DNA of 64,000 nucleotides from the human T2T-CHM13v2.0 reference genome, Homo sapiens, in assembly GCF_009914755.1 (NCBI RefSeq), contig NC_060927.1, one strand, 5' to 3'. Made by a program: the position numbers and the translations under genes. Every line of letters begins with the position of its first letter. Position 1 is the stretch's first letter. Positions 40,849 to 55,931 of this stretch are shown here, one piece after another. The notes under the pieces were generated by a model, which worked only from the letters and a program-made list of their open reading frames with translations, had not been told where the DNA came from and searched no databases.

Positions 40849-40869
40849 TCAGTACAGTTCCCTAGAACT

Positions 40870-41040
40870 CACCGTCTGATATCCTCCTTGCTCATATGCT
40901 TATTTCTATACAATCTGTTTCTGTCCACTACAATGAAGCTCAACAACTGCTGGGAGTTATTTTGTTACATACTGTTTCCTCACTGCTTGGAATAAGGCTT
41001 GGCACACAGTAAGAACTCAAAAAAGGTTTCCTTGAATCGT
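40870..41040 (+). mobile_element. L2 3' end
   Basis: 'ccactacaatgaagctc...cttggaataaggcttggcacacagtaagaactcaa'. Confidence 0.65.
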
Positions 41041-41785
41041 AATTCCTTTCTGCCAGTACTTATCTCATACTGATTAATGTATTTTTTGCTATGGCGAATG
41101 CTTGAGTGATAATACTTCCCCAGAAAACATTTCAAAACAGGAATTTGAGTTCTATGCTTTCACTAATATCTTAACTTGCTGAAAACATTTGACCAAATTC
41201 AACAGTTATCAAAAGCAAGCTTCATAAGCTGTTTTGCCAAAACAACAAAGAAATGAATATTTTGAATGGATGTAGACTTGCGCATTCTGTGAAATATCTA
41301 TCCAAATGGGAATGAGTAAAATGAAATGGTGTTGATTCTCAGAATCCCAGAGCAGCATCTGGGCTTGCCAAGTGCAGGCAGGCATCATTGAAGAAAAGAT
41401 GCTTGCCTTCGACTTTCTAATATAAACTATCTAGAGTGACCAGAGGAAATATGAAAATACCAATTGGCAATGTTTGTTTAAATTGATGCCAGAGGGTTTT
41501 TCTTTTATCTTCTCTTGGAAAGAATTCTGTTGTCAAAGTAGGCTTTGTGCAGGGAAAAACAAATGTGTGTTAAGCAAAAGGCTTCTACAGTTTAATTTCC
41601 TCTTGCAAAAAGTATGAAAACCTACTGTAGGTTGAATTTTAGACAACATTGTTGGTGGCTTGTGTGTCATCAGATCTTTGGGATCAATGGCTGCAGATTG
41701 CAAAATCTTGGAATTTGTAATTACAAAGACAAGACAGTTGAAGATAGCTTGATGTGAATACCTGCCATTTACCCCTTATTCTTTG

Positions 41786-41891
41786 TTTTTTTTTTTTTGT
41801 TAGCTTTCTTTTTTTTATTTTTTATTATTATACTTTAAGTTTTAGGGTACATGTGCACAATGTGCAGGTTAGTTACATATGTATACCTGTG
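41786..41891 (-). mobile_element. Extremely 5'-truncated young L1 (L1PA2/3-like, ~80 bp)
   Basis: 'ttattatactttaagttttagggtacatgtgcacaatgtgcaggttagttacatatgtatac' is the L1PA 3' terminus; flanked by ttctttg on both sides. Confidence 0.9.
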
Positions 41892-42334
41892 TTCTTTGGT
41901 CACGTTTATTTTTTACTTATTCATTGGTAAGAACGCTTTATATACCTGAATATTAATTCTTTACTATTCATCTTCTAAATACTTTTTAGAAAACTTATTT
42001 TCTGCTTTAAAAATTATGTATGGTATGTTTATTTTCTATATAGAATGTTTCCATTTTTATGTAGTAATTTTTTATGTTGTTCTAGTTTCTGGCTTAATTT
42101 TCATGTTGAGAAAGAGCATTCCAAACCCAAAATAATTAAAGTGATTTTCTGTATTCTCTTCTATTGATTTTATGGCTTTGTTACTAAAATTAAATATTTA
42201 ATAAATCTATAATTTGGTGTCCAGTGAGAAGTATTGATCTTTTTTTAAATGGTTTTACATTTTTCAATATTTCTATTAAAGAACAAAATTTATATTACAC
42301 CTTTTTCATTTACTAAATTGACATGTACACTTGA

Positions 42335-42653
<319 letters not shown>

Positions 42654-42799
42654 CTTGAGTCTTTTTATGAACTGTTAGTCCATTTCTCGATCTTTTTGTC
42701 AAGCATATTATTTTAATATCTACTAGGGAAAATCTTTTATTTCCAGAATTTTTCTAGCTGTTTTACGTTTATTCTTCTAAATGGGTTTTTTTTAAAAAA

Positions 42800-43173
42800 T
42801 CACTTTTTAAACATAATTATATGACTACATTCTTATTGTAAACATTTAAAACGATATATAGAATGACATACGATAATCTCCTCTTCTTACTTCCCTATTC
42901 TACTTTTCTTCCCAGAAGTAATAATGGCTAATACTCTTCAGTGTATGTTTCTAGAACATTTTCTATTCATTTACTTAAACGTATATGCATATGTACATTT
43001 TAACATAAATGGAGCCACACAATAATTATTGCTTTGGGCTTTTTAAATTTTGTATTTCTCTTAGATCTATGTCAGTATATGGCATTTTTCCTCATTTCTT
43101 TATCAAGATACACATACACGTATATTTATGAAGATACACATGCACATATATTTGTTGACCCCCAAGTGATATG

Positions 43174-43210
<37 letters not shown>

Positions 43211-43480
43211 TTTGCCATAACACACAAGGCTCTTCATAATGGAATCACCATTGGAATCATAATGAAATCACGTTGTGTGAGTATCTTTTTTTTCTGCATT
43301 TCTTTTAGATTCTTTCTTAGAAGTGGAATTGTTAAGAATGGGATATGAGCATTTGATAAACTACTAAATTGCCTTCCAAAAAGCCTTTGAACATTTACTT
43401 TTCTGTAAAAAATACACAGGAATCCCTATTTTTCCACTTGTGTACCAGTTTTTAAAAATCATTTACTAATGTATGACTTC
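42800..43480 (-). mobile_element. L1ME-like 3' region containing a (CA)n run at ~43176-43209
   Basis: 'ttcttagaagtggaattg...ctaaattgccttccaaaaag...aatccctatttttccac'. Confidence 0.55.
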
Positions 43481-43699
43481 CATTTTGAATTTTTATAGGG
43501 GAGAATCAATAGATTAGTTGCTTCAGAAGCTGTTATGACGTACAAAAGCAACTAATGTAAAACATAAAATAATAGAATTCCTGTACTCCAAATTACTAGG
43601 GGTGAGGTATACCTTAGCAAACACAGATAATGTAACAAAAATAGAGTATAAAGAAACATAAGAAGTATAAAGTATAAAGAGTATAAAGAAATAGTGCCA

Positions 43700-44150
43700 T
43701 AAGAAGAAAAAGCAAAAAACAGTAACATAGAAATAAGACCAAATACTTTCCTCATCTTAGTAAGTGTGAATGGGACACCTACCTAATAAGAAAGGAAAAT
43801 AAAGCACATCAAAACAAACAAACAAAAACCAATACACACATTTAGTGATGCAGAAAGGTTAAAGAAATCACAAAGCTATATCTGACAAAAAAATTGAATT
43901 CAAGGTGAAAAGTATTAAGTAACATTCAAAGATCTTTTTCTTGCAATAAGCACTACATGTTACACAATGTATAAAACTCTATCATCAACCTTTTGCAAAA
44001 AACAAATATAGAAATGAAATATATAAAGTAAAATACATTGGCAATCCAAATGTATAATAGTAATGGGAGACTTTAACACCTTTTTCTGAGTTCTTCACAG
44101 ATTAAAGTATATAAAAACATCAAAATTAATTTAGAGGTGATCCAAAAATA
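43700..44150 (+). mobile_element. Ancient L1M endonuclease relic
   Basis: 'gaaataagaccaaat...taagtgtgaatggg', 'ataatagtaatgggagactttaacacc' (GDFNT). Confidence 0.6.
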
Positions 44151-44157
44151 TCAGTGA

Positions 44158-44300
44158 GATTATATATATGTAATATATATATATTACATTATATATATAT
44201 AAAATATAATTATATACATATAAAATATATAATATGTAATATATTAGTGTATATTATATGTAATTATATAACATATAATGAGATTATATGTATCTATGTA
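44158..44300. repeat. AT-rich low-complexity (TA-type) tract
   Basis: Direct reading of the sequence. Confidence 0.85.
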
Positions 44301-44321
44301 GATAAATCATATTTATTATTT

Positions 44322-44795
44322 GTAAAGCAGATATTGTTGGTTGTACATCCACCCAGTAATAATTCACTCTTCTTTCTGATTAACATAATGCCAATGTGGG
44401 CATCATTGCTAACAGCAGTGTATGAACTATGATGGGTCTAAGTTGATGATAACAATCTGATTTTTACTTGTTAGTAACTGTTGGGTGTGTGAGATCAAAG
44501 GGAAAACACTTTTGGGCCTTCTAGAACATATTTTTATCCCTGACATGAGACTTGTGAGAACACTTCTTTTTCCCTTCTTGCTTTTGGACGTTTTTGTGAC
44601 ATAAAATGACATTGGGAATTGCTGCAATCCAATTGTCTTGGGTCCATGGGGGCAGACACTACCAATACAGGAGGTGGATAGAGCATAAGGAGAGACCGTG
44701 TCCTGGATGGTGTCATCAACTTTCACAATAAACTCTGAAAATCTCTACTCCTGAACTTCTTAGGTGAGGTAATAATTTATTATTGTTTAAGCTAC
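44322..44795 (+). mobile_element. Old MLT1 (J/K/L-like) LTR
   Basis: 'gggaattgctgcaatcca...gtcctggatggtgtcatc...ctactcctgaacttct...tattgtttaagct'. Confidence 0.55.
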
Positions 44796-45340
44796 ATTCA
44801 ATACACAAACAGAGGTCAACTTTTCAGACCACAAACCAGTATATGTGGAAATAAAGAAAAGAGGGGAGAAAACAACCATTTGAAATTTAAAAAACTTTCT
44901 CATAGTGAATTACTGATTCAGAGATATTTAATCTGCTGTTGGAATGTGTCTAGTAAATAACAATGGTAAAAATATTCCATATCAAAACCTGTGAGATGAG
45001 GTTAAAGGTTACATAGAAGAAACAGGAAATGACAAAAATAACATGAAATGTTCAAGAAGTTTGAAAAGAAACACAAGGTAAGCCTAAAGACAGCAGAATA
45101 GAATCAATGACTGTAAATTGGATAAAAGAAAATAAATTGATAAAATAGCTAATTGTTTTAAAATGTTAAATACTTGCTAGCATAATAAAACTGTGCAAAA
45201 TCATATCTTATAATTATCTTTTCCTTCTGTCTCTGATTGTAGAAATCATTTAAATCATAATTTTATATTTTTCTGTGTTCTCTCAGATTACATCTTTAAT
45301 CTTTATAAACATGTGCACAGGTGATCACTATATGTGAGGC

Positions 45341-45931
45341 TGTGATAGCTAATTTTATGTGTGTGTCAGTTTGACTGGGTTAAGAGATGTCTGGATAGCC
45401 GGTAAAATACTGTTTCTGGGTGTGTCTGTGATGGTGTTTCCATAAGAGATGAACATTTGAATCAGTAAACTGAGTGAAGATCCACCCTCACCAATGTGAG
45501 TGGGCATTGTCCAAACTGCAGAGGCCCTGAATAGAACCTAAAGGTGGAGCGAGAGTGAATTGTCTTTCTACTTTAGCTGGAACATTCATCCTCTCCTGCC
45601 CTTGGACATCAAAGCTCCTGGTTCTCAGGCCTTTGGATTTGGGACTTACACCCGTGGCCCCAACCCCAGTTCTCAGGTCTTTGGCCTCTGAATGGAAGTT
45701 ACACCAACAGCTGCCCTGGTTCTCAGGCCCTTGAACTCAGACTGAACTGCACCACAGTCTTTCCTGGGTCTCCAGAATACAGAAGGCAGATCATGGGTCT
45801 TCTTGACCTCCAGAATTGCATGAGTCAATTTTTTATAGTAAATCTCTATCTCGATGTCTATCTCTACCTATCTCTATCTGGACACAAATATCCTATTGGT
45901 TCTATTTCTCTGGAGATCCATGACTAATATG
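45341..45931 (+). mobile_element. MLT2B-like ERVL solo LTR
   Basis: Starts 'tgtgatagctaattttatgtg..tcagtttgactggg', ends 'tcctattggttctatttctctggaga.cc.tgactaata'. Confidence 0.9.
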
Positions 45932-46861
45932 GAGTCCTTGCCAGTTTGAAAATGTATTTCTTAATAAAACTGTGAGAATAAAGTTTCTAGATTACTTATC
46001 CCCTTTTACACAAAAAATAAAAATACATCCTTAGTGATTTAATTTTTTCAGCCTAAGTTTTTTCGTTAAGAAAAAATCTATTTTTTTGTTTACAAAATTA
46101 TTTTTATCAGATATGTTAGAAGATATCAGTCTAAGCGAATGAAAATATAATAGAAATTAGACACTTATGGACTTTAAGAGGTTTTTGGTTATTCTTGAAA
46201 TACAATAAATGTGCAAGGATATGATTCATTATTCATAGTTTTTAAAATAATTTTTTTCCTGGTACATGGCGGGCCTATTTAACCGGAAGATTTATGCTTT
46301 CTTTCACTTCATGAAAATCATCTTTTATTATAGCTAATATAATTGATTTCTTCTGTATGTTCTGTTCCCTCTATAGATTTTTATTGTTTGTTTTCCCAAT
46401 CTCTTTTTGTTTCTAATGATTTTCATTGCAGTGCTTTTCCTCTATCTTCTTTGCGATTTTTAAACACTTAGTTTATCTTACTGACTTGATTTTGTAATTG
46501 TCAGATATGCTGGCTTTTACTTCTAATTTGGTTTTACTGTCCGTTGTGGCTTTATTCTCTTTCGTAATTTCTTACTTTAGTTCTGCTGAAGAAATGTCAT
46601 ACAATCTTTATCTCTCATAGAATTAATGGTATTTTAAAATCTTCTTGGGGGTAGGAAGTAGTTATCTAAATGTGTTGTCCTCAGATGAAGTATGTTTTTC
46701 TGTGTTCTTCATCTATCTTTTGTCAAATAATTTTTGTATTGTTGTAACATTGCTTATTTTTCTCTTATCTTTGCATCATTTTATTATGGCCTTCTATTTG
46801 ACACTAAATAATGTATATTTTTCTGATTCCACTTCCTGTTTACCTGAAAATTATTAGAGTA

Positions 46862-46965
46862 GTGTCTTTTCAACCATAGCTACACATTAAAATCACTTTA
46901 AAAATAGAGATGCTTGAATTCCAACCTAGCACAATTAAATTTAAATTACTAATGATGGGCCTCAG
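46862..46965. mobile_element. MER5A-like fragment
   Basis: 'ttttcaaccatagctacacattaaaatcact...aaaaatagagatgctt'. Confidence 0.5.
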
Positions 46966-47524
46966 TTGACTCTATCCTGCCATTGAGCTACAAGGGTAGA
47001 CGTGGTTGGTTTTTACCATCTGTTCATCTGTTTAAGGGTGGAAGAGATCTGCTTGAGGACAGGTGGGTCCAGAAATCTGGAGCTGAGAAATTGCAGCAGT
47101 GCATCTTCTCCTCTCTATTCATTGAAACACTTGTGTTTCAATGCCTCTTCCACAGAGCAGTTACAGAGAAACTATGGCATTTTGTTACGTGTAGCCATCT
47201 GAGGCTTTCAAACATAGTTGACTCTCCTTTGACATATTTATTTCTGTGCCTTCAGTTTACATAATGTCAGTAATAGTTATCATTGACAGATTTTTACTGC
47301 TGGAAGGAATCTTAACAGTAAAGTATTTCCATGTGAGAAGACTGAGGGATCAAAGAGTTAAGTTAGTTTCCTTAAGTTAGTTTCCCAGAGTACATAGAAA
47401 CTGTGGGGTATGTACATGAGAAGGGATCAAACATTTCAGGCGCTTTTAGATGCTTTATGCACATCACATCATTGATTATATTCTAATAATCCTTTGAGAT
47501 GATGTGAATGAAAATTATCAAATG

Positions 47525-48080
47525 CTTATTCAGCATTCACTCCCTATTATTCTACTTCCTAACAGCTTCTAGATTTTTTTCTTTAAGTGAACATCCCTTC
47601 CCTAATCCAACCTTCAGTTCCAACATTCATCAAAAATCTCCATCCATTTTCCAAAGTAATTAGTTTGGCGAAAGGCAGGAAACCCGGTACAAGTCAAGCA
47701 GTACACAGCTTTGGGTGTTTCAGATTGATCTTGTCAGAGCAAAGCTCTGGGCTTGTTTTAAGTATTTGTGAAAAGCAATGCTCCCCCTCTCTTAGCCTCC
47801 TACTAGATAAGAATGAGGAGCAAGTGACCCCTGTTACTACTTCCAGTAGTCAGATTGTGACCATCAGGGAAACCGGCATGAGGAAACAAAGCACACACAA
47901 AAATAAAGGAGAGGCAAGGGTACTGGAAAAAGAGAAAGAGAGAGAATGCACTTGATTGAACTATGCCTGAAACTTTCTACTTCTGGACTTCTTTTTAATT
48001 AAAATGAGCCAATACATTCCCTTTGTTGTTTAAGCTTTAAGTTAGATTTTTTTTCTGCCTTGCAACTAAAAGCATCATAA
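47525..48080 (+). mobile_element. Old MLT1 (J/K-like) LTR
   Basis: 'cttctggacttct...atgagccaatacattccctttgttgtttaagc...cttgcaactaaaagcatc'. Confidence 0.65.
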
Positions 48081-48111
48081 TTCATGTAAGTGGAAATCAC
48101 TTGAGGTGGCA

Positions 48112-48320
48112 CAGCATTGTCCAATACTATAGCCATTAGCTACTTATTGCCATTTAGATTAAAATTAATTAGAATAACCAAAGTTAAAAATTCAGTTTCT
48201 CAGTTGCACTAGCCGGATGCTGGGTGCTCAATAGCCACATAAAGCTGGGGCTATCTTATTGGACAGCGCAGATGTAAAGCATAGCTATCATCTCAGAAAT
48301 GTCTATTGGTGAGAGCTCTT
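48112..48320. mobile_element. MER3 (hAT-Charlie)
   Basis: 'cagcattgtccaata...aaattcagtttctcagttgcactagcc...gtgctcaatagccacat...attggacagcgcagat...ctattgg'. Confidence 0.8.
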
Positions 48321-50164
48321 CAGTAATTTGTCCATAGTTATGCAGCTGTTAAATTTCAGAACTATCATTTCAGACCAGGTTTTAGATGCCTAGAGAAGTG
48401 TTCTTTCTATCATGCCCCATTAAGCCCCATATGATCAAATGCATTGACAGTAGGCATTATCTAACAAAATGGTGCCACTTGTCTTGTGTTTGCATTTTAG
48501 CTCTGTAAATATAACACAAATGAATGGTCTATAAGACACATCTAGGCATGGCCCAGCTTGCCTCACTTAAACTAAATCCTTATCCATGTTGGTTTTAACC
48601 TGAGTTTCTGTGACTTTTATTATCAATATTTGTATTTCTGTATTTTCCCCAAATTTATATCAGTGGTTAAATCTTTTCAACACTTTCATTGTTACTGCTT
48701 TAATTTTTCTGAAGATTCTTCAGGAGTTTGTTTTCCCTTGTGAATCTGCTAAATGTCTGTCTTTGCCTTTTTATTTTCAAATCTTTGCACATCAGAAAGC
48801 TTTCCCTAAGGTATATGGGCTCTCCTCTTGACAGAAACTATGACATGAACAGAAAAATAGTACAAACTCCTCCATCCGTGTCTGAAAATGAATTTGACAA
48901 AGCTTATTAATACCAGTAGCCTTCTGGCCATTTTAAAATCTAAGCATTCTGTTCATCAGCAGTAAAGCTTATTTATTTCTTCTTGATTTGCTTTTTAATA
49001 AATAACCTGTTGAACATTTGAAGTGCTTGCTGGTTATCAAAGTTGGAATTAATTGCACTGAATTACTCCAGGCAGATGAATAAAGCTACCTATTTCAGCA
49101 GAATTCTATCCTAATGGACATTTTGTGGTACTATTGGAAATAATACTGAACATAAATGAAATAAAGATTTAGTTTCAAGCATGACTAAGATCAGAGTCAT
49201 GTTGACTAATAGATAATATATGATTTTAATCTTTGAATCTTTAAAAGTTTATATTTTTAATATTTATGGTATATTCTAGTTGTTTTTAAATAAATATAAA
49301 ATGAAGACACATGTCAAAAATGCTTTCCTAAATCACTTTATTGTGCAAATTACATAAATATTCTACCAATTTTTGCTCTATGTGATATTTAAATTTTGGT
49401 AGAAGTTATAAGATTTTGTATTACAGCAAACTGCATTAGGCATTGGTATTCAAGAACAGGAAATAACATTAATCCTGGGTTCTACTATGCTCTGTTATTT
49501 TGATATCATTGCTAAGTTGCTTCATTGGAAATGGTGCTTCTATAACAGACAGCTCAATTAAGGTTAATTAGCAGAAAGGACTTGACATCCATGATTAATA
49601 AACCAACTACTACACAAATGCACTGATATTTTTGAACCATGTATCTAGCACCAGGTGTGATCTTGATGGAGTAATTGAAGTAATAAAGTGTTTCTTTTTT
49701 CTATATGCTTATTCAGCAGAATGAACCCCTAAGTGAGCCTTAGTTATATTCAAGATGATTTTGTCATTTATTTTTAAACGATGAAGTTTACCTCCCATAA
49801 GATTATCACAGTGAAATGGTTACAAGGATGTATTCAGAGTCATTATAAGATATGTAGTCCCTCCATTTCTCACATTTTTATTTTGCTTCATTCATACACA
49901 GATATATATGAAAGGTTCCTTTATTTCTGCCATTTTTATGTTGCTTCATTCACAGAACCCTTTATTATTGCAGCAAACCTTACTGTCCTTCCAAATTAAA
50001 GAGAAGTGTAAGACAATGGGAGCTACACATAGAGCAGAACACATCTGAATATGTAGTCCCTTGGTCACACAACCATGGAAGTGAAATATGACACATTCTC
50101 AGCAGTTGAAATTACCCTGAGGATTTATTCCTGTCTTAAACATTTTGGCTTGTTTTCCTCCAGA

Positions 50165-52330
50165 GGAATTAAGCAGAGAAATAAATATAAGGCATCCAAA
50201 TTGGAAAGAAGGAAGTCAAGTTGTCCCTGTTTGCAGATGACATAATCTCATGTACGGAAAACCCTAAAGATGCCACCAAAAAGCCATTACAACTAACAAA
50301 TAAATGTAGTAAAGTTGCAGGATACAAAACCAAATACAAAAATCAGTAACATTTCTATATGTGAATAGAGAACTATCTGAAAAAAGAAAACAATGCCATT
50401 TACAATAGCTACAAAAAGATTCCTAAAAATTAAACAAGAAAGGGAAAGATCTTTACATTGAAAACCATAAAACATTGATAAAAGAAATTGAAAAGAACAC
50501 AAAAATGGAAAGATATCTCATACTCATAGAATAATTCATATTGTTAAAATATTTATACCACCCAAAGCAATCTACAAATTTAATGCAATCCCTATCAAAA
50601 TATCAATCATATTATTCACACAAATAGAAAATACAGTACTAAAATTCATGTGGAACCACAAAACAATCTCAAGAAAAAAGCCCTAATAGCCAAAACAATC
50701 TCAAGAAAACACCAAAACAAAAACAAAGTTGGAGACATCACACTACATGACTTCGAAATTTACTAAAAAGCTATAGTAATATAAACAGCATAATATTAGC
50801 ATAAAAACATACATAGACCAATGGAAGAGGCTAGAGAACCCAGAAATAAACCCACCTATGCACAGCCAATTGATTTTTGACAAAAGTGCCAAGAACGCAA
50901 TTGGGGAAAAGACAATCTCTTCAATAAATGGTGCCAAAAAAATTGAATATCCACAATCAGAAGACTAAAACTGGACACCCAATCTTTCATTAAGTCAAAA
51001 TGAAATATTTAAATGTAAGATCCAAAACTATGAAAATACTAGAGGAAAACATAATAAAAATGCTTCATGACATTGAAGTGGGCAAAGATATTTTTGATGA
51101 GAACTCAATAGTACAGGCAAGAAAAACAAAAATAGAAAAATGGAATTACATCAAACTATAATGTTTCTGCACAGCAAATGAAACAATCAACAGAGTGAAG
51201 AGAAAATCTACAAATGGGAGAAAATATTTGCAAACTCTACATATGACAAGAGGTTAATATTTACAATTTATAAGGAACTCAAGTCAATAGCAAAAAAATA
51301 CAAAACCCAAAACCAAAAAACAAGTAATCTAACTGAAAAATGGGCAAAAGACCTTAATAGACATTTCTCAAAAGAAGATACCCAAATGACAAATAGGTAT
51401 ATGAAAAAAATGTGCAACATCACTAATAATTGGGGAAATGCAAATCAAAACTATATTGAGATATCACCTCACTCCAGTTAGAATGACTATCATCAAAAAG
51501 GCAAAAGATAATAAGTGTTGGTCAGAATGTGGAATAAAGAGAATGCTTGCACACTGTGGAAATGTAAATTAGAACAGCCACCATGAAAAACAGCATGGAG
51601 TTTCCTCAAAAAAATTAAAAATAGAATTGCCACATGATCCGGCAATCACACTACTGGGTATATATCCAAAGGAAATGAAATCAGTATGTGAAAGAGATTT
51701 CTGTACTCCTTTGTTTATTGCAGCACTATTCACAATAGCCAAGATATGGAATAAACCTAAATGTCCATCAACTGATGAATGAATAAAGAAAATGGGGTAT
51801 ATATACCCACAATGGACTACCATTCAGACATAAAAATAATGAAATCCCGTCACTCACAGCAACATGATGAGCCTGGAGGACATTATGTTAAGTGAAATAA
51901 GCCAGAGACTGAAAGAAAAATACCACATTTTCACTCGTGTAGAACCTAAAATGTTGATCTCATAGAAGTAGTAAATAGCACAGTAGTTACCGGAGACTGG
52001 GGATGGTAGGGGGAAGAAGGAGAGAGGATGTTCAACAGGTATAAAGTTACACATAGAAAGGAAAGATAGGTTCTGGTGTCCTATTGCACAGTAGAGTGAC
52101 TATAGGCAACAATAAGGTATTATATATCTTGAAATAGCTAGGAGAGAGCATTTTGTATGTTCCCATTACAAAGAAATGATAAATGTTTGAGGTGACGGGT
52201 ATGCTAATTACCTTGATTACATAATGTATACATGTGTCCAAACATCACATTGTACTCCATAAATATATACAATTAGTGTGTTTTGGAAAAAAAATTAAAA
52301 GTATATATTATTTAAAAAATAAAAAAGAAA
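50165..52330 (+). mobile_element. L1MA (MA4-6-like) 3' ~2.1 kb
   Basis: From the FADD-coding 'ctgtttgcagatgacata' through the ORF2 end to an MA-type 3' UTR ('aaagaaatgataaatgtttgaggtga') and A-rich tail. Confidence 0.92.
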
Positions 52331-52379
52331 GATACGGATCCTACATCTATAAACTATGGGCAAATCTTTGTAAAATCTA

Positions 52380-52482
52380 GTAGGCAATCACTTTTTCTTG
52401 TTTACTACTGTGTGCTTGTAACTTAGAACTGTGCCCGGCACATTGTAGGTGCTCAATAATAGCTATTGCATGAATGAATGAC
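52380..52482 (+). mobile_element. L2 3' end
   Basis: 'tagaactgtgcccggcacattgtaggtgctcaataat...catgaatgaatga'. Confidence 0.75.
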
Positions 52483-54387
52483 ACAAGAGGTAGGACTATG
52501 CCATCTTCTAGGTCTAATTGTAATGGTTTCCTTAGCAGCTGTACTGTGTGCTATGATTGTGTTAATCATACTTAATAGACAGGGAAATAGCTTCTCTTTT
52601 TAAACATTTTATTCTTTATTGTAAAATGAATAATAAAGCCTATACTATGGAGTTTTTAAAGGAATAAATGCTTAACATGCATGTGAAAGTTATAAATTTA
52701 AAATCATAATACCACTACGAGTCATTATTAGGCTCCATTTTGCTTCATCATTCTGCATTCCTAGCACTTGAAAACATTCGTGAAATATGTTTCACTGAAA
52801 AAAATTATAACTAGAGATGCCAGTGTAGAGAAAACAGATGCTCAGTGGAATAAAAATGCAAATACTGTGGTGATAAATGCATTCTGTTGTGATCAAATAA
52901 ATGCATTTATTCACTAAGTAAATCTGTGGAAAAGTTTCCAACGCCAACATTGAAATGTATATACCTCAGCCAGACTGACATCAGAATAATCTAAAGACTG
53001 TTTTTTTACTAAAATTTTACTACTGATTTTCTCAATAAGCATTCTCCATTAACAAAAACTAAGAAACAAACAAACTAAAGCCAGACTTCTTAATAGTGCT
53101 TATAAAGGGTCTCCCAGAAGTTAAACATTCTGCTTATAACCCCATACTATTCCAATCTAGACTCTACACCTGAAGTGTGGGCTTAAGCTCTACTATTTCA
53201 GTGAGGCCTTTCCTCATTCCCTCATGCTAGAGGCTAGTAGCCATTCCGAAAATGACTATAGCACTTGCTGACACAGCCCACTGCTTTTTAGAGGGACAAA
53301 TCCATTTTTCTTAAATAATTAGTGTGCTTTCCCTGTGTTGCTTGAAGAACTGGCCTCTTTATCTTGTTGCCCAGTTTCATTTCTTTAGCTGGACTGTATG
53401 CTTCAAAGGCAGAAGACATTGCTCATACGTTTCTGTTGTCCCTCTGAAGTCATAACAGGGTTTTACATCGCAGCTGCCTAATAAGTACATGTTCATTTTA
53501 TTTGAAAACTCAAAAGCACAGAATGTTAGAGCTAAAAGGGATACTACAGTTGTTACCATGTTTCAGCATCTTGAATTTAATGCTTTTGGGAAGGATATGT
53601 AGTCTTCAGCTCACCAGAATCCCCACCACTTTTGTCTGACCCTGGCCACTGCCACATTTAGTTGGTCTCTGAGGCATCTGTAGCTGTCATTCTGGATAGA
53701 CACCCATAAGGGACAGTGCTCTAGAGGCCTTTAGTGAGTTGCCTGAAATGACACTGAGCTACCTTAATGACACTGCCAGGCCTAACCTGAAGGCCTTATT
53801 TTTATTTTATTTATTTTTCAGAGCTCTTTTCATCTCAATATATTGCCTTCTCAAGTGACTTAACCTAATTATTGTTTTTGTATGCCAGCCTCCTTCCTGC
53901 ACCCAAATTCAGTTGTAATAAAAGTCAAAGTCTACTTGTTCAAGACTAGAGATACTACAGGGATACTTGAGAATGCACAGTTAACACTGTAAATCAGAAC
54001 ATATTTACAGTTTATAATAGATATAATAGACATAGTTTGGTACGTTAACTTTGCAAAAACATGTTTGTGGTGATGCAGAACAATGAATCTGAACTTGTGA
54101 AATGTTTAGGTAACAGTAATAAGCTAACAACAACAAAAACATTTTATCAGACTCTTAAAAGTCATGACAAAATGAAGATCTTTAACTCCACTCTGTGTAA
54201 AACATTTCTAGATCATGCTTTAAAATAGTATCAAAGGCCCTATAACTGACAAGAAAAGACTCCCATTTCTTTACTTTGTCCTTTTATCTTTTCCAGATGC
54301 TTAAAAATAAAAATAACTTATGTTTGCAGGATAGAGACACTATAATCAAAAGCATTTAACAAGCAAGTGAGAGAATGAGAGAGAAGG

Positions 54388-54412
54388 ACACACACACACA
54401 CACACACACACA
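54388..54412. repeat. (CA)12 microsatellite
   Basis: Direct reading of the sequence. Confidence 0.9.
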
Positions 54413-54650
54413 GATAGAGATTATAGGCTCATTTATGAAAAAAATTAGAAAAGTTTTATATGAACTTTGGTGTCTATCCCACATCTAATACAAATCTTGC
54501 CAAGAATCTATTTTGTAGTTTAAGCAATGCTATTGTTTGTACAGTATGTTTTTATACTTATACAATTATTTCCCAACGACATCATCATTCTTTCTTAATT
54601 TCTTAATCATACAAGGTAATATTAGTTTGAAGAGATTAACAGAAAATTCA

Positions 54651-55124
<474 letters not shown>

Positions 55125-55689
55125 TTATCTGTTAACTACCATGTTATTGTGCTGACAAAAGATAAATAAGTTCTCATGTGAATGACACAGTTAATGTGTT
55201 TATAAAAAATAAAGCTATGGGAGTAAATGTTCTTAAATGGAAAAAGTGTATATAAACTGAAAAAAATTTTGAAGAAAAAACATGTTTGTGGGCTAAAAAG
55301 CATAGAAGTGAAACTGTTTTAGAGCTCTTTATTTTCAGCAGAAAATCAGCCAATGGGAGAAAAAGTTGCAAGTAACACAATCCTGAAGAACTCTTAACAC
55401 CTTAAGGAAGTCGAAAGGAAACCAGACAAACCACAAAATAAAAGATACATAGCAAAGCAAGAGAGGAGCTAAAGCAGGCAGGTGAAATTGCTCTGCACAA
55501 AACCTTAGAAAGAGTGAGCATTATAAAAATGGGCCACTTATTTTTTTTCTATGCAAGCATCTTGATTGAGGCAGTCTTTGCTCTTGAACAGAGAGCTTAT
55601 ATTTTCCCACATTTGTACAAAATAGCAGCCCACTTACTTTGTACTCATAATCCTGCTTTATCTCTTTGAATAGCAGTTATTACTACCTG

Positions 55690-55830
55690 ATACATATTCG
55701 TTTGTATATTGTCTAAATTTCTCCACTGGAGTATAATGTCTCTAAGGTCATGGTTTGCTGTTGCAACCCTTGTGCCTAGAACAATATCTGACACAGGGAG
55801 GTGCCAAAAAGTATTTGTTGAATGTGCATT
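55690..55830 (+). mobile_element. L2 3' end
   Basis: 'gtgcctagaacaatatctgacacagggaggtgccaaaaagtatttgttgaatg'. Confidence 0.7.
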
Positions 55831-55931
55831 TAGGTGCTGCATTTAGATACTCTTCATTTTTGTGGTTATACTTTTAATAATAATCTTACTGTATAATGAT
55901 TGATTTGTTATTGAAAGATAGACACAATATA

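Noticed and set aside
43640-43695. Iterated 'agtataaag' units, superficially array-like
   Set aside because: Irregular slippage repeats in A-rich old L1 DNA with no constant repeat-spacer structure; not CRISPR-like. Similar short local duplications at ~19380, ~23520, ~30045, ~47360 and ~50660 were also dismissed.
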